Below are positions 28,954 through 39,542 of a stretch of DNA of 64,000 nucleotides, one piece after another. Each line of letters begins with the position of its first letter. Position 1 is the first letter of the stretch. Below the pieces are notes generated by a model that saw only the letters and a program-made list of their open reading frames with translations, did not search any database and had not been told where the DNA came from. The DNA comes from Candidatus Omnitrophota bacterium (GTDB lineage: Bacteria > Omnitrophota > Gorgyraeia > Zapsychrales > Fredricksoniimonadaceae): assembly GCA_903944345.1 (NCBI GenBank), contig CAJARJ010000018.1:120581-184580 (forward strand), in the 5' to 3' direction. The position numbers and the translations under genes are program-made.

Positions 28954-29429
28954 ACGAGCGGGAGTGTCTTGACCTTGTCCTTCTCCAGAATCCCCTTGAT
29001 CTCGTTCATAAAATGATTCACATCACGAAACTGCCGGTAAACAGAAGCAAACCGTACATAAGCTATTTCGTCGATAGCGTAAAGTTTCTCCATCACCAGT
29101 TCGCCGATCTGAGTGGACGAAACCTCTCGGTCGTTCGTCTGCTGGATCTCGCGCTCGATTTCAATCGCGGTTTCTTCGATACGCCCCATGCTCACCGGAC
29201 GTTTCTCGCAAGCCTTGGTGATCCCGTTGATCAAACGTGAACGGTCATACGGCTGACGACGACCGTCTTTCTTGACCACCATAAGCGAAACCTGCTCGAC
29301 ATACTCATGCGTCGTGAATCTGCGGGAACATTTCAGGCACTCCCGGCGGCGGCGTATGGCTGTTGCTTCCGCGGTTTCGCGCGAATCAACAACCTTGGTG
29401 TCTTTATAGCCGCAAGCCGGACATTTCAT
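28950..29429 (-). CDS. nrdR: Transcriptional repressor NrdR
   Basis: MKCPACGYKDTKVVDSRE zinc ribbon followed by an ATP-cone. Confidence 0.9.
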   Translation of the reverse strand: MKCPACGYKDTKVVDSRETAEATAIRRRRECLKCSRRFTTHEYVEQVSLMVVKKDGRRQPYDRSRLINGITKACEKRPVSMGRIEETAIEIEREIQQTNDREVSSTQIGELVMEKLYAIDEIAYVRFASVYRQFRDVNHFMNEIKGILEKDKVKTLPLV

Positions 29430-29444
29430 GGCAGCATACCCTGA

Positions 29445-30692
29445 TTAACCGGCGAGGCCGGCATAGATAGGAAACTTCCCGGTCAAAGCGGCAACATCCC
29501 CGGCGACCTCGGCAAGTACTCTGGCATCCGAACGATGCACCACCGCACGGTCGATCAGATCGGCAATTGTCTTCATCTGTGTTTCTGTCATGCCGCGCGT
29601 CGTCACCGCCGGAGTTCCGATACGGATACCGCTAGTGACAGCCGGTGGCTGCGTATCGAAAGGCACCAGGTTCTTGTTGACCGTAATCTTGACGGAATCA
29701 AGCAAGGTGGCCGCATCTTTACCGGTAATATTCTTGGGCGCCAGGTCAACCATAAACAGATGATTGTCTGTCCCTCCTGAAACAATGCGAAAGCCCCGGG
29801 CAGCCAGCGCTTCGGAAAACGCCCGGGCGTTACGGATAACCTGCTGCTGATAAAGCTTGAACTCGGGCTTGAGCGCTTCGCCAAACGCCACCGCTTTGGC
29901 GGCAATCACATGCATCAGCGGCCCGCCCTGGATCCCGGGAAAAATATTCATGTCCACCTTGCGGGCGTAAGCACTCTTGCACAAAACGATACCGCCGCGC
30001 GGACCGCGCAGGGTTTTATGCGTCGTCGAGGTCACAAAGTCGGCAAAAGGAACCGGATTGGGGTGCAGGCCTGCGGCCACCAGACCGGCGAAATGGGCCA
30101 TGTCAACAAAAAGCACGGCCCCGATCTTGTCACAGATCGCACGAAAACGCGCAAAATCCAGTTCACGGGAATAAGCGGAATAGCCGGCAATGATCATTCT
30201 GGGTTTATGCTCCAGCGCTGCGCGTTCCACCTCGTCCATATTGATCCGCTCGGTTTTCGGATCAACTTTATATGACACCATATTATAAAGCTTGCCGGAG
30301 AAATTGATCTTCAGTCCATGCGTCAGATGACCGCCGCAAGCCAGATCAAGGCCCATAACGGTGTCACCCGGATTAACAGCCGAAAGATAAACCGCCATAT
30401 TCGCCTGTGATCCTGAATGCGCCTGGACATTGGCATGCTCGGCTCCGAAAAGCTGTTTCAGCCGGTCGATGGCCAACTGTTCAACCTCGTCAACATATTC
30501 ACAGCCGTTATACCAGCGAGCCTTGGGGTAACCTTCGGCGTATTTGTTGGTCATGACCGATCCCATGGCCTCCATGACGGCGGGGGAAACAATGTTCTCC
30601 GACGCGATCAGCTCCAGGTTCTCCTGCTGACGGAGAAGTTCGTGTTTGATCGTAGCGTAAACCTGCGGATCCGTATTCTGCAAAGCACTCAT
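29445..30692 (-). CDS. glyA: Serine hydroxymethyltransferase
   Basis: Canonical GlyA motifs ([30 protein letters not shown]). Confidence 0.95.
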   Translation of the reverse strand: MSALQNTDPQVYATIKHELLRQQENLELIASENIVSPAVMEAMGSVMTNKYAEGYPKARWYNGCEYVDEVEQLAIDRLKQLFGAEHANVQAHSGSQANMAVYLSAVNPGDTVMGLDLACGGHLTHGLKINFSGKLYNMVSYKVDPKTERINMDEVERAALEHKPRMIIAGYSAYSRELDFARFRAICDKIGAVLFVDMAHFAGLVAAGLHPNPVPFADFVTSTTHKTLRGPRGGIVLCKSAYARKVDMNIFPGIQGGPLMHVIAAKAVAFGEALKPEFKLYQQQVIRNARAFSEALAARGFRIVSGGTDNHLFMVDLAPKNITGKDAATLLDSVKITVNKNLVPFDTQPPAVTSGIRIGTPAVTTRGMTETQMKTIADLIDRAVVHRSDARVLAEVAGDVAALTGKFPIYAGLAG

Positions 30693-30731
30693 AATAACCT
30701 CGTTGGTTGACTGCCGGCCAGACAGGCGCGG

Positions 30732-31199
30732 TCAGGATTCTTTCATGAATTTTTTTTCGATCTCCCGGATCTGCTCGAAACGGCGTAAATGACGACCGCC
30801 CTCGAAATCCGCCTGCAGCCAGGCCTCGATGATCCCCAGAAGTTCGTCGCTACCGACAAACTTTGACCCGAGCACCAGAACATTGGCATTATTATGCTGA
30901 CGGGAGAGCACCGCGGCTTCCTTGTTATAACACAAGGCCGCATAAACCCCTGGCACCTTGTTAGCCGCTATGGAATGCCCTATACCGGTCATGCAAATCA
31001 GAATACCGCGCGACTCCGGTGCGGCCGCCACCTGTTCACCCAGAAGCAGAGAATACCCCGGATAATCGCAGGCAGCATTTTCATCGTGACTTCCCAGATC
31101 CACAGGATCGTGCCCCTGCCGGGCCAGCCAACGCGCAATCTCGCTTTTAAGCTGTACTCCGCGATGATCCGCGGCAAGAAAAACCCTGAATTTCATATT
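30732..31199 (-). CDS. rpiB: Ribose-5-phosphate isomerase B
   Basis: MKFRVFLAADHRGVQLK and the LacAB_rpiB family pattern. The ORF track's 31310 start is unlikely because it would overlap the upstream gene. Confidence 0.85.
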   Translation of the reverse strand, partial: NMKFRVFLAADHRGVQLKSEIARWLARQGHDPVDLGSHDENAACDYPGYSLLLGEQVAAAPESRGILICMTGIGHSIAANKVPGVYAALCYNKEAAVLSRQHNNANVLVLGSKFVGSDELLGIIEAWLQADFEGGRHLRRFEQIREIEKKFMKES

Positions 31200-31204
31200 T
31201 ACCC

Positions 31205-32278
31205 CTAGACCAGATGTAAAATCTTGCGCAAACACTCCGCGATCATATCCCGACAATGTTGATACTCCGCGTGGGAATGCCCGATTGGATCGGGTATATC
31301 CAGATCGCAATCCTGATGCAAGACCGAATTCTTGAACTCACCCAGCAGATAAACCCTCTTCTCGATTGAAGGCACCCGTTCCAGCAACTGACTGCGATGC
31401 CCCCGGGTCATGACAAAAACCAGATCCGAACGTTTGAGCAGCATATTGCTGACCGGACGCGAAACATGCGCTCGCGCATCAATACCATTCTCCCGCAAAA
31501 CAGAAAGAGCTTCCCGGCTGGCTTGCGTCGGATAAAGGACACCCGTGCCGGCAGAAGAAACTGCGATATCACTGCGCCCGCCCAAAAGATACCGAAACTG
31601 ATATTCAGCCATGACCGAACGACAACTGTTGCCGGTACACACAAACAGGATATGCTTCTTTCCGGTTACGGCGTCCACGTCCTGCCGGGAAATAACCCCC
31701 GTGCGGACAACCTCCGGTTTCCCGGAAACAAAATCAACAATAGTTGATGAAGTGCCTATATCTACACGCCCGCTGTCGATGGCCAGATCAACCAGACCGT
31801 CAAGATCCCGCAAGGCTTCCTGAATCGTCGCCGGCGGAGGGTTGCCTTCGAAATTGGCTGAAGGCGCAGCCACCGTACAATGAACATTCTCGATCAGCCT
31901 CAAGGCAACCGGATGATCCGGGATACGTATCCCGGTCGAATCGCGGCCATTACCGGAAGGGACAATAACAGTCAGCGGCCCCGGCCAGTAACGATCTATC
32001 AACTTGTAAAGAGCAGGCGCATCCAGAGAAGTATAATTACGGATCAGTTCCTTCTGTGGAATCATGATCGCAAAAGGCTTGCCTTCCTGTCGACGCTTGA
32101 CCTCTCGCAGCCGCTTCATGGCCAGCGGATTGGCGGAATCGGCGGCAATCCCGTAAACAGTCTCGGTGGGAAAGATCACCAGTCCGCCGCTGTGTATTGT
32201 ACGTGCCGCTTCCAGGACCAGATCCATCTGGGGAGAGGCGGGATCAATTGCAAGAATTCTGGTCTTCACGGCCTTCAA
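31205..32278 (-). CDS. L-threonylcarbamoyladenylate synthase (YrdC/Sua5 domain) fused to a low-molecular-weight protein tyrosine/arginine phosphatase
   Basis: N-terminal YrdC domain (VIFPTETVYGIAAD). The C-terminal low-molecular-weight phosphatase P-loop is ILFVCTGNSCRSVMAE. Confidence 0.8.
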   Translation of the reverse strand: MKAVKTRILAIDPASPQMDLVLEAARTIHSGGLVIFPTETVYGIAADSANPLAMKRLREVKRRQEGKPFAIMIPQKELIRNYTSLDAPALYKLIDRYWPGPLTVIVPSGNGRDSTGIRIPDHPVALRLIENVHCTVAAPSANFEGNPPPATIQEALRDLDGLVDLAIDSGRVDIGTSSTIVDFVSGKPEVVRTGVISRQDVDAVTGKKHILFVCTGNSCRSVMAEYQFRYLLGGRSDIAVSSAGTGVLYPTQASREALSVLRENGIDARAHVSRPVSNMLLKRSDLVFVMTRGHRSQLLERVPSIEKRVYLLGEFKNSVLHQDCDLDIPDPIGHSHAEYQHCRDMIAECLRKILHLV

Positions 32279-32751
32279 CCTTTAAGAATCTGTTCCGCCT
32301 GCTCCCTGGAAAAATCTTCGAGCTTGCGGACAAGAGTATCGTCAGACAAAGCCAACATGCGTACCGCCAGCAAGGCGGCATTCTTGGCCCCGGGTTTGCC
32401 TATGCCAACAGCCGCCACCGGCACTCCCGGAGGCATCTGAACCGTGGACAACAGCGCGTCAAGCCCCTGAAAACCCATGGAGTCCAGAGGAATACCAATC
32501 ACCGGCAAGGACGTATGTGCTGCCACAACCCCCGCCAGCGCGGCAGCCCCACCCGCCGCGCAGATAACAACCTTGACCCCACGGCCAGCCAACGCCTCGG
32601 CATATTCGGCAGTCTGACGCGGAGTCCGGTGGGCAGACAAAACCCGAACCTCGGAAGATACTCCGAAAGATTCCAGCATACGCACCGCTTGCTCAACCAC
32701 AGGCATATCATTACGGCTGCCCATCATCAAAGCGACCTGAATCTTGTCCAT
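32275..32751 (-). CDS. purE: N5-carboxyaminoimidazole ribonucleotide mutase
   Basis: VALMMGSRND...RVLSAHRTP matches the PurE signature. Confidence 0.9.
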   Translation of the reverse strand: MDKIQVALMMGSRNDMPVVEQAVRMLESFGVSSEVRVLSAHRTPRQTAEYAEALAGRGVKVVICAAGGAAALAGVVAAHTSLPVIGIPLDSMGFQGLDALLSTVQMPPGVPVAAVGIGKPGAKNAALLAVRMLALSDDTLVRKLEDFSREQAEQILKG

Positions 32752-32775
32752 AGGATCTCCTTACGCACCGCAACT

Positions 32776-34044
32776 TTAACTGCGGGTCAAAGCTTTCTGT
32801 CCAATATCCCGACGATAATGCATCTTCTCAAAATGTATGGCCGCAACACCGGCATAAGCCCTGGTTATGGCCCGGGCAATCCCATCCCCCATGGCCGTAA
32901 CGCCCAGCACCCGCCCGCCTGCAGTCACTACCTGTCCACCGGACAGTTTTGTCCCGGCATGAAAAACCACCACATCTTCGGGAACATCAGCCAGCCCGCC
33001 AATCTTCTGTCCGGTTGCATAGTCCTGAGGGTAACCGCCCGCAGCCAGGACAACACACACACACGCACGCGCATCCCACTCCAGCCGATGCTGCGCCAGA
33101 CGCCCTTCGACAGCCGCCAACACCAACTCCAGAAGATCGCTCTTAAGGCGGGGCAGAACAGCCTGGGTTTCGGGATCGCCAAAACGGGTGTTAAATTCAA
33201 GCACTTTCGGGCCGCTGGCCGTAACCATAATTCCGGCGTAAAGAATCCCCTTGAATAAAACGCCTTCCGCACGCATCCCCTCGACCACCGGACGGATCAC
33301 TTGCCCGGCAATTTGCGTCATCAACTGCGGAGTGACCAGCGGAGCCGGAGAATAGGCTCCCATGCCGCCGGTATTCGCACCGCGATCCTGATCAAAAATG
33401 CGCTTATGATCTTGAGAAGAATCCAACAGCAGAAAATCTTTACCGTCGCAGACAGCCAGAATAGAGGCCTCTTCCCCGGACAGGAACTCCTCGATGACCA
33501 CCCGGCTTCCCGCTTCCTTGAACACCCGGTCGGTCATGATCTGACGTAAGGCATCTTCTGCGGCCGAGCGGTTTTCGCAAATAACCACACCCTTGCCTGC
33601 GGCCAGTCCGTCCGCCTTGACAACAACCGGCAGAACAAACGCGTCGAGGCCGCTCACGGCCGCTTCATAGCTGTCAAAAGAGGCGTACCTGGCCGTAGGA
33701 ATGTTGTGCCTGGCCATGAAATCTTTGGCAAAAACCTTGCTGCCCTCAAGACGGGCCGCGGCTTTTGACGGGCCGAAAATCCGAATACCAGCTTTTTCGA
33801 ACACATCCACAATCCCTAGCACAAGAGGAACTTCGGGACCCACCACAACACAATCAATATCGGTCTTGCAGGCAAACGCCAACAGGCCGTCAATATCATC
33901 TGCTTTGATATCCACGCACTCGGCCAATGCGGCAATACCGCCGTTGCCAGGCGCGCAATAGATCGCCGACACCTTCGGGCTCTGGCACAACTTCCAAACC
34001 AGAGTATGCTCCCTGCCACCTGAACCAACAACCAGAACTTTCAT
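32776..34044 (-). CDS. purD: Phosphoribosylamine--glycine ligase
   Basis: MKVLVVGSGGREH and the ATP-grasp region. Confidence 0.9.
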   Translation of the reverse strand: MKVLVVGSGGREHTLVWKLCQSPKVSAIYCAPGNGGIAALAECVDIKADDIDGLLAFACKTDIDCVVVGPEVPLVLGIVDVFEKAGIRIFGPSKAAARLEGSKVFAKDFMARHNIPTARYASFDSYEAAVSGLDAFVLPVVVKADGLAAGKGVVICENRSAAEDALRQIMTDRVFKEAGSRVVIEEFLSGEEASILAVCDGKDFLLLDSSQDHKRIFDQDRGANTGGMGAYSPAPLVTPQLMTQIAGQVIRPVVEGMRAEGVLFKGILYAGIMVTASGPKVLEFNTRFGDPETQAVLPRLKSDLLELVLAAVEGRLAQHRLEWDARACVCVVLAAGGYPQDYATGQKIGGLADVPEDVVVFHAGTKLSGGQVVTAGGRVLGVTAMGDGIARAITRAYAGVAAIHFEKMHYRRDIGQKALTRS

Positions 34045-34081
34045 AGAATCCTGCCGGTGTTAAGACTTGAAAAAACCGGGA

Positions 34082-35077
34082 TCAGACCAGCTCCAGCTTT
34101 TCTTTCGTACGACGGATAGCCTCTCCGACCACAAAAGAAGGCATGCCAGTCTTTTCCAGAAGCGCGCGCACACGCACCACATCCGCCGGACGCACCACCA
34201 CAATAAACCCGATACCCATGTTAAAGGTGCGATACAACTCTTTCTCGGCAATATCCGCCTTGGCTGTAATAAGCTGAAAAATTTCCGGCAGCGGCCAGCT
34301 GCCCTTTTTGATCTGTAATGAGCACTGATCCGGCAGGCATTTGGTCAGTTTTTCATAAAAAGCCCCGCCGGTGTTATGGGCCATACCATGAATATCAAAT
34401 TTCTTGACCAGCGGCAGGATGTTGCGGACATAAATTCTGGTCGGCTCCATAACAAGGGCGGCATACTTCTTAAGCTCGGCGGCAGAAAAAATCTTGCGCA
34501 CCAGAGAGTACCCGTTGGAATGAATTCCGCTGGAAGGCAGGCCGATGATGACATCTCCGGGCCGCATCTTACTGCCATCAATAACCCGGTTTTTCTCCAC
34601 CACGCCCACTGTAAATCCGGCCAGATCATAATCTTCCCCGCGGTACATTCCAGGCATCTCGGCGGTCTCACCGCCAATAAGCGCACAACCCGCCTGTCGG
34701 CAGCCTTCTGTAATGCCCTTCATAACCTCGACCATCAGCTTGCGGTCGAGCTTGCCGCAGGCCAGATAGTCCAGGAAAAACAGCGGCTCGGCTCCGACAC
34801 AAAGCACATCGTTAACGTTCATCGCCACAAGGTCAATACCCACTGTGGAGTGCCGGCCGGTCAGATTGGCCACCAGAAGTTTGGTGCCGACGCCGTCGGT
34901 TGAAGACACAAGCACCGGATTTTTATACTTACCCAGAGCAAACAACGAGCCAAAGGCCTTTGTCCGGTCCATCACGCCAGGACGACGGGTTGAGGCGGTC
35001 ATCCCCTTGATGGCTCCAACAAAACGGTCGGCTTCGACAATATCTACTCCGCTGTCTTTATACGTCAATCTGGCCAT
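34082..35077 (-). CDS. purM: Phosphoribosylformylglycinamidine cyclo-ligase (AIR synthetase)
   Basis: YKDSGVDI and GGETAEMPG motifs. The start is taken as MARLTYK. Confidence 0.9.
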   Translation of the reverse strand: MARLTYKDSGVDIVEADRFVGAIKGMTASTRRPGVMDRTKAFGSLFALGKYKNPVLVSSTDGVGTKLLVANLTGRHSTVGIDLVAMNVNDVLCVGAEPLFFLDYLACGKLDRKLMVEVMKGITEGCRQAGCALIGGETAEMPGMYRGEDYDLAGFTVGVVEKNRVIDGSKMRPGDVIIGLPSSGIHSNGYSLVRKIFSAAELKKYAALVMEPTRIYVRNILPLVKKFDIHGMAHNTGGAFYEKLTKCLPDQCSLQIKKGSWPLPEIFQLITAKADIAEKELYRTFNMGIGFIVVVRPADVVRVRALLEKTGMPSFVVGEAIRRTKEKLELV

Positions 35078-35091
35078 AGGACTCCGTAAGT

Positions 35092-35892
35092 TCATGCACA
35101 AAAAGTTCGCGTCGCATAATCGACACCGTTCTGAAAAATCCGCGCACCGTCTCCCGGCTGATCAGGATGGCCGAAGCGTGTCCAGTACGGATGCTGTGTA
35201 TGCGTAAAATGCCGCTCGGGATGAGGCATAAGCCCCAGCACCCGGCCAGTCGGATCCGTAATGCCGGCAATCGCCTCCAACGAACCATTTGGATTCTGCG
35301 GATACAAAGCGTCCGCTCCGTTCTCGTCGACATAGCGGAAGGCTACCTGGCCACTGTGTCCAAGTGCCTGCAATGTTTTTTTATCTGCGGGAATAAACTT
35401 TCCTTCGCCGTGAGCCACCGGAAAATAAACAATATCCTTGAGTCCTTCCGTCCAGACCGAACGTCCTTCGACTTTCAAATGCACCCAGCGGGCTTCAAAC
35501 TTGCCCGAATCATTATGCGTCAGGGTTACGGACTGTCGATGGGTGGCCGGCTTGAACGGGCCGGGAAGAATACCGGCCTTGACCAGAATCTGAAACCCGT
35601 TGCAAATGCCTATGACCAGCTTGCCATCATCAATAAACCGCCGCACATCCTGTCCAAGCCGAAGACGCAACTCGTTGGCAAACAACCGACCTGAAGCGAT
35701 ATCATCTCCGTAACTAAACCCGCCCGGCAGCGCCATAATATGATAATCCGCCAGATGGACCTTGCCGGAAAACAACCGCTCCAGATGCACCTCTTCGACC
35801 ACGGCACCACAGCGGGCAAACGCAAATGCCGTTTCAGAATTGCAATTTGTTCCGGCCGTCCTTAAAACTATAACTTTAGCCTGTGTGGACAT
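35092..35892 (-). CDS. purQ: Phosphoribosylformylglycinamidine synthase I (glutaminase subunit)
   Basis: GICNGFQ catalytic Cys motif and HPE motif. Confidence 0.85.
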   Translation of the reverse strand: MSTQAKVIVLRTAGTNCNSETAFAFARCGAVVEEVHLERLFSGKVHLADYHIMALPGGFSYGDDIASGRLFANELRLRLGQDVRRFIDDGKLVIGICNGFQILVKAGILPGPFKPATHRQSVTLTHNDSGKFEARWVHLKVEGRSVWTEGLKDIVYFPVAHGEGKFIPADKKTLQALGHSGQVAFRYVDENGADALYPQNPNGSLEAIAGITDPTGRVLGLMPHPERHFTHTQHPYWTRFGHPDQPGDGARIFQNGVDYATRTFCA

Positions 35893-36560
35893 TACTCCAC
35901 CTTCTTGCCTTTATAAAAATTCTTGATAATTTTAAGAACATCCTCGGCCGAATCAACAATCTTGAATATGTACATATCATTCTCGCTGATGCACTTTTCA
36001 CCCAGCAATTTGTCCTTGAGCCAACCCTCCAGGTCTTTCCAAAAATAACTCCCGACCATGATAATTGGAACCTGGGGCATGCGCCCGGTCTGCACAAGCG
36101 TAAGGCTTTCAAAAAGCTCGTCCAGCGTACCAAAGCCGCCCGGGAAAACCACCACCGCCTTGGCATACTTGACGAACATGACCTTGCGGCAAAAGAAATA
36201 ATGAAAATTGATCAGCGTCTTGATAAAAGGATTGGGCTTCTGTTCAAAAGGCAGCTCAATATTAAGCCCGATCGAGTCGCCATCCGCCAGAAAAGCTCCG
36301 CGGTTTCCGGCTTCCATAATGCCGGGGCCTCCGCCCGTAATGACCCCATAGCCATTTTTAACCAGCAATTTTCCGGTTTCTTCGGCCAGACGATACATTT
36401 TGTGCTCCGGTTTCAGACGCGCAGAACCGAATATGGTAACCGCTTTCTTGAGCTTGTGCAAACGGTGAAAACCTTCGACAAACTCCGCCATGATACGGAA
36501 AATCCGCCATTGATCCATTTCGTAAAAATTGTCCTCGGACTTCGCTTGTTTTTTGGTCAT
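35892..36560 (-). CDS. LOG-family nucleotide 5'-monophosphate nucleosidase (TIGR00730)
   Basis: VFGSARL...GGGPGIMEA...PGGFGTLDELFE are LOG signature motifs. Confidence 0.8.
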   Translation of the reverse strand: MTKKQAKSEDNFYEMDQWRIFRIMAEFVEGFHRLHKLKKAVTIFGSARLKPEHKMYRLAEETGKLLVKNGYGVITGGGPGIMEAGNRGAFLADGDSIGLNIELPFEQKPNPFIKTLINFHYFFCRKVMFVKYAKAVVVFPGGFGTLDELFESLTLVQTGRMPQVPIIMVGSYFWKDLEGWLKDKLLGEKCISENDMYIFKIVDSAEDVLKIIKNFYKGKKVE

Positions 36561-36573
36561 AACAGTTTCCTTC

Positions 36574-39534
36574 TCAGAATTGCAGTGGTGTTTTCCAGAC
36601 AGCCTTCAGTTCATGAATATCAGCCTTTAAACACAGATTCTCTTTAATCCCGTAAGCAAACACATCCGGGGCTTCCTGGACACGGCCAAACATTCCCATC
36701 GGCACCCCAGCCATGATACGCTCGAACGCGACGCGATCCGCAGGATCAACTTCTACAATAAGCCTGGAATTTGATTCCGAGAAAGCCACAACATCGTCAC
36801 GCCGCCGCTCCCCTTTGAACGGGACAGCATTCAGAATTGCCGTCGCACCACAACCTCCGGCAAAAGCCATCTCGACCAGAGCAGTCAGAAGCCCGCCCTC
36901 CGAGCAATCGTGCGCAGCCCGGATCAAGCCCTTGGCCGAAGCCTGGCTTAACGCGGTATACGCTTTAAGTGCGGCTTTGGCAGATACGACAGGAATATTA
37001 TTTCCGATCAGATCATATGTCGCCAGATAAGCTGAACCGCCCAGCTCGTCGTAAGTCGTGCCGATAACATAAATCAGGTCACCAGGTTTTTTGAGGTCCA
37101 TAGTCACCGCTTTATTAACATCAGCCATGATACCAATAGCCGAAATGAGAAGCGTCCCGGGAATCGCGATAGAACGTCCCTTGTCGGTATATTCATTATA
37201 AAAACTGTCTTTCCCCGATATGAAGGGTGTGCCGAAAGCCACCGCATAGTCATGACAGCCCAGTGCCGCCCGGACCAGTCCACCCAGGCGATCTGGCTTG
37301 TCGGGATTACCCCAACAGAAATTATCCAGCAGGGCCACCTCGTCCAGGCTGCCGCCAACCGAAATAATCTGACGAATCGACTCGTCAATGCAGGACGCCG
37401 CCATCCAGTAGGGATCAATCTTGCCAAAGCGCGGATTGATGCCATTGGAAAGAACAATCCCCTTTTTACTGTCGAGCTTGACACGCAGAACACTGGCGTC
37501 AGAAGGTCCATCGCAAGCCGGTCCGGCCAAAGGCTTGACCACCGCAGCTCCCTGCACCTCGTGGTCATACCGGCGGATAATGGCTTCTTTGGAACACACA
37601 TTGTAATCGGAAAGAATCTGGCGCAGCTTTTCATTAAAAGTAGCCGGACACGGGAATGCCGACTCCTTGTGCCTGGGCTGGGCCCAAAGCGCTTCTTTGG
37701 TGATACGCGGAGTTCCGTCATGAAGAAAAGCCATGTCCAGACAGCAAACCTGGGTGCCTTGATAAAACAATTCAAGCTTGCCCGTTCCCGGGAACGTACC
37801 AATCACCGCCAGTTCCACATTCTCACTGTCAAAGATCTCCTTAAGCCGCGGGAAATTGCGCGGGGAAACGGCAAACACCATCCGTTCCTGCGACTCCGAA
37901 ATCCATATCTCCGTATAGCTTAGCCCCTGATACTTGAGCGGGACCTTGTCGAGATCGACTCTGGCTCCGAGTTCAGCCCCCATCTCCCCGACAGCACTCG
38001 ACAATCCGCCGGCTCCGCAATCGGTAACCGCCGAATACAGGTTTTCGTCGCGCCCCTGCAAAAGAACATCCAGGACTTTCTTTTCCTCAATAGGATTCCC
38101 GATCTGAACCGCGCCGGAAGAAACCACTTCGGATTCGTGCGTCAGCTCACCGGAAGAAAAAGTTGCACCATGAATGCCGTCACGACCGGTACGGCCTCCG
38201 GCGACAACAATATAATCACCTTTACGAGCCGCTTTTTTTTCACGCCCGGCAGGAATAACCCCCACATCTCCACAAAACACAAGAGGATTCCCCACATACA
38301 AACGATCAAAACAAATAGCCCCGTTAACTGTCGGGATACCCATCTTGTTGCCATAGTCGCGCACTCCGCTGACAACGCCCTTCATTACCCGTTTGGGATG
38401 CAAGGCTCCGGCAGGTAGCTCCCCGGCCGGAAAATCCGGCGGAGCAAAACAGAAAACGTCAGTATTCGCAATTGGTTTAGCACCAAGACCAGTCCCGAGA
38501 ATATCACGAATAACTCCGCCGACTCCCGTATTGGATCCGCCAAACGGCTCCAACGCCGAAGGATGATTGTGCGTCTCAACCTTGAAACAGACATTATGCC
38601 TGGAATCAAATTTGATAACCCCGGCATTGTCGTGAAAAACAGAAACACACCAGGACTTATCGAGCGTCCGGGTGGCTTTCATGATCGTGGACTTGAAAAG
38701 ATTGTCGATCAGACGAGTGCGGGTTTTTCCTTTTTCACGAATCGAATATTTAATACGACCCCGAAAAGTTTTATGATTGCAATGCTCACTCCAGGTCTGG
38801 GCGATTGTTTCCAGTTCGACATCGACCGGCTCCCGGTCAAGTTTGTCGAAATAGGACTGTATCGTTTTCATTTCGTTAACGTTAAGATAAAGCTGTCCCT
38901 TGTGGGCGAGAGTCATTAACGCCTTGTCGCCGAGACCCCGTAGCGGAACATTGACCGCTTGCGGTGCTACCCCGCTAACTGTCTTGAACGTCAAAGGTTT
39001 GAACGCATCAGCGGGCGATTTACGCGCGTGCTGGATAATCTTGTTAAGCAGAATCTTGTCCGCAATAAGATCGGCGTCTTTAGCCGTCAAAGATCCTTCC
39101 AGAACAAACTGACGGGCCGTGCGAACCGCTGCAACTGTCTTGATTCCAAGATCCCGAATGCCTTTGAGCACCGAAAACTCGACCGGATCCATGACGCCGG
39201 AATTATACGCCACCTCGACCACCCGGTATTTTGAAACAGCCGAAGCCGCAAAGTGATCTTTGAACGGTGTATCACTGTAGCGAAAGTCCTGAACCACCGG
39301 ATCGATTAAAAGATCCTGGCAAATCCGCTCGACATCCGCAGCAACGATATCGCCGTCCAGCAGGTAAACCTGCACAACACGGACGGACTTGACACAGCCA
39401 AGCCCAAGGTCCTGAATATCACGGTGCACTCCACTGCCGAAAGAATCAAACTGCCCTTCTTTATCTTTTATCTCGATGCGCCAGATCACTGCGTCCCTTC
39501 CTCTTCGGCCCCTTGTATTGCACACCTGCTGCAC
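36574..39534 (-). CDS. purL: Phosphoribosylformylglycinamidine synthase, PurS-PurL fusion
   Basis: Two N-terminal PurS-like modules are followed by a PurL (AIRS-type) core (TWSEHCNHKTF, GGG...DCGAGGL). The start is ambiguous; an internal GTG near 39489 is possible. Confidence 0.85.
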   Translation of the reverse strand: MQQVCNTRGRRGRDAVIWRIEIKDKEGQFDSFGSGVHRDIQDLGLGCVKSVRVVQVYLLDGDIVAADVERICQDLLIDPVVQDFRYSDTPFKDHFAASAVSKYRVVEVAYNSGVMDPVEFSVLKGIRDLGIKTVAAVRTARQFVLEGSLTAKDADLIADKILLNKIIQHARKSPADAFKPLTFKTVSGVAPQAVNVPLRGLGDKALMTLAHKGQLYLNVNEMKTIQSYFDKLDREPVDVELETIAQTWSEHCNHKTFRGRIKYSIREKGKTRTRLIDNLFKSTIMKATRTLDKSWCVSVFHDNAGVIKFDSRHNVCFKVETHNHPSALEPFGGSNTGVGGVIRDILGTGLGAKPIANTDVFCFAPPDFPAGELPAGALHPKRVMKGVVSGVRDYGNKMGIPTVNGAICFDRLYVGNPLVFCGDVGVIPAGREKKAARKGDYIVVAGGRTGRDGIHGATFSSGELTHESEVVSSGAVQIGNPIEEKKVLDVLLQGRDENLYSAVTDCGAGGLSSAVGEMGAELGARVDLDKVPLKYQGLSYTEIWISESQERMVFAVSPRNFPRLKEIFDSENVELAVIGTFPGTGKLELFYQGTQVCCLDMAFLHDGTPRITKEALWAQPRHKESAFPCPATFNEKLRQILSDYNVCSKEAIIRRYDHEVQGAAVVKPLAGPACDGPSDASVLRVKLDSKKGIVLSNGINPRFGKIDPYWMAASCIDESIRQIISVGGSLDEVALLDNFCWGNPDKPDRLGGLVRAALGCHDYAVAFGTPFISGKDSFYNEYTDKGRSIAIPGTLLISAIGIMADVNKAVTMDLKKPGDLIYVIGTTYDELGGSAYLATYDLIGNNIPVVSAKAALKAYTALSQASAKGLIRAAHDCSEGGLLTALVEMAFAGGCGATAILNAVPFKGERRRDDVVAFSESNSRLIVEVDPADRVAFERIMAGVPMGMFGRVQEAPDVFAYGIKENLCLKADIHELKAVWKTPLQF

Positions 39535-39542
39535 TTTTCGGG

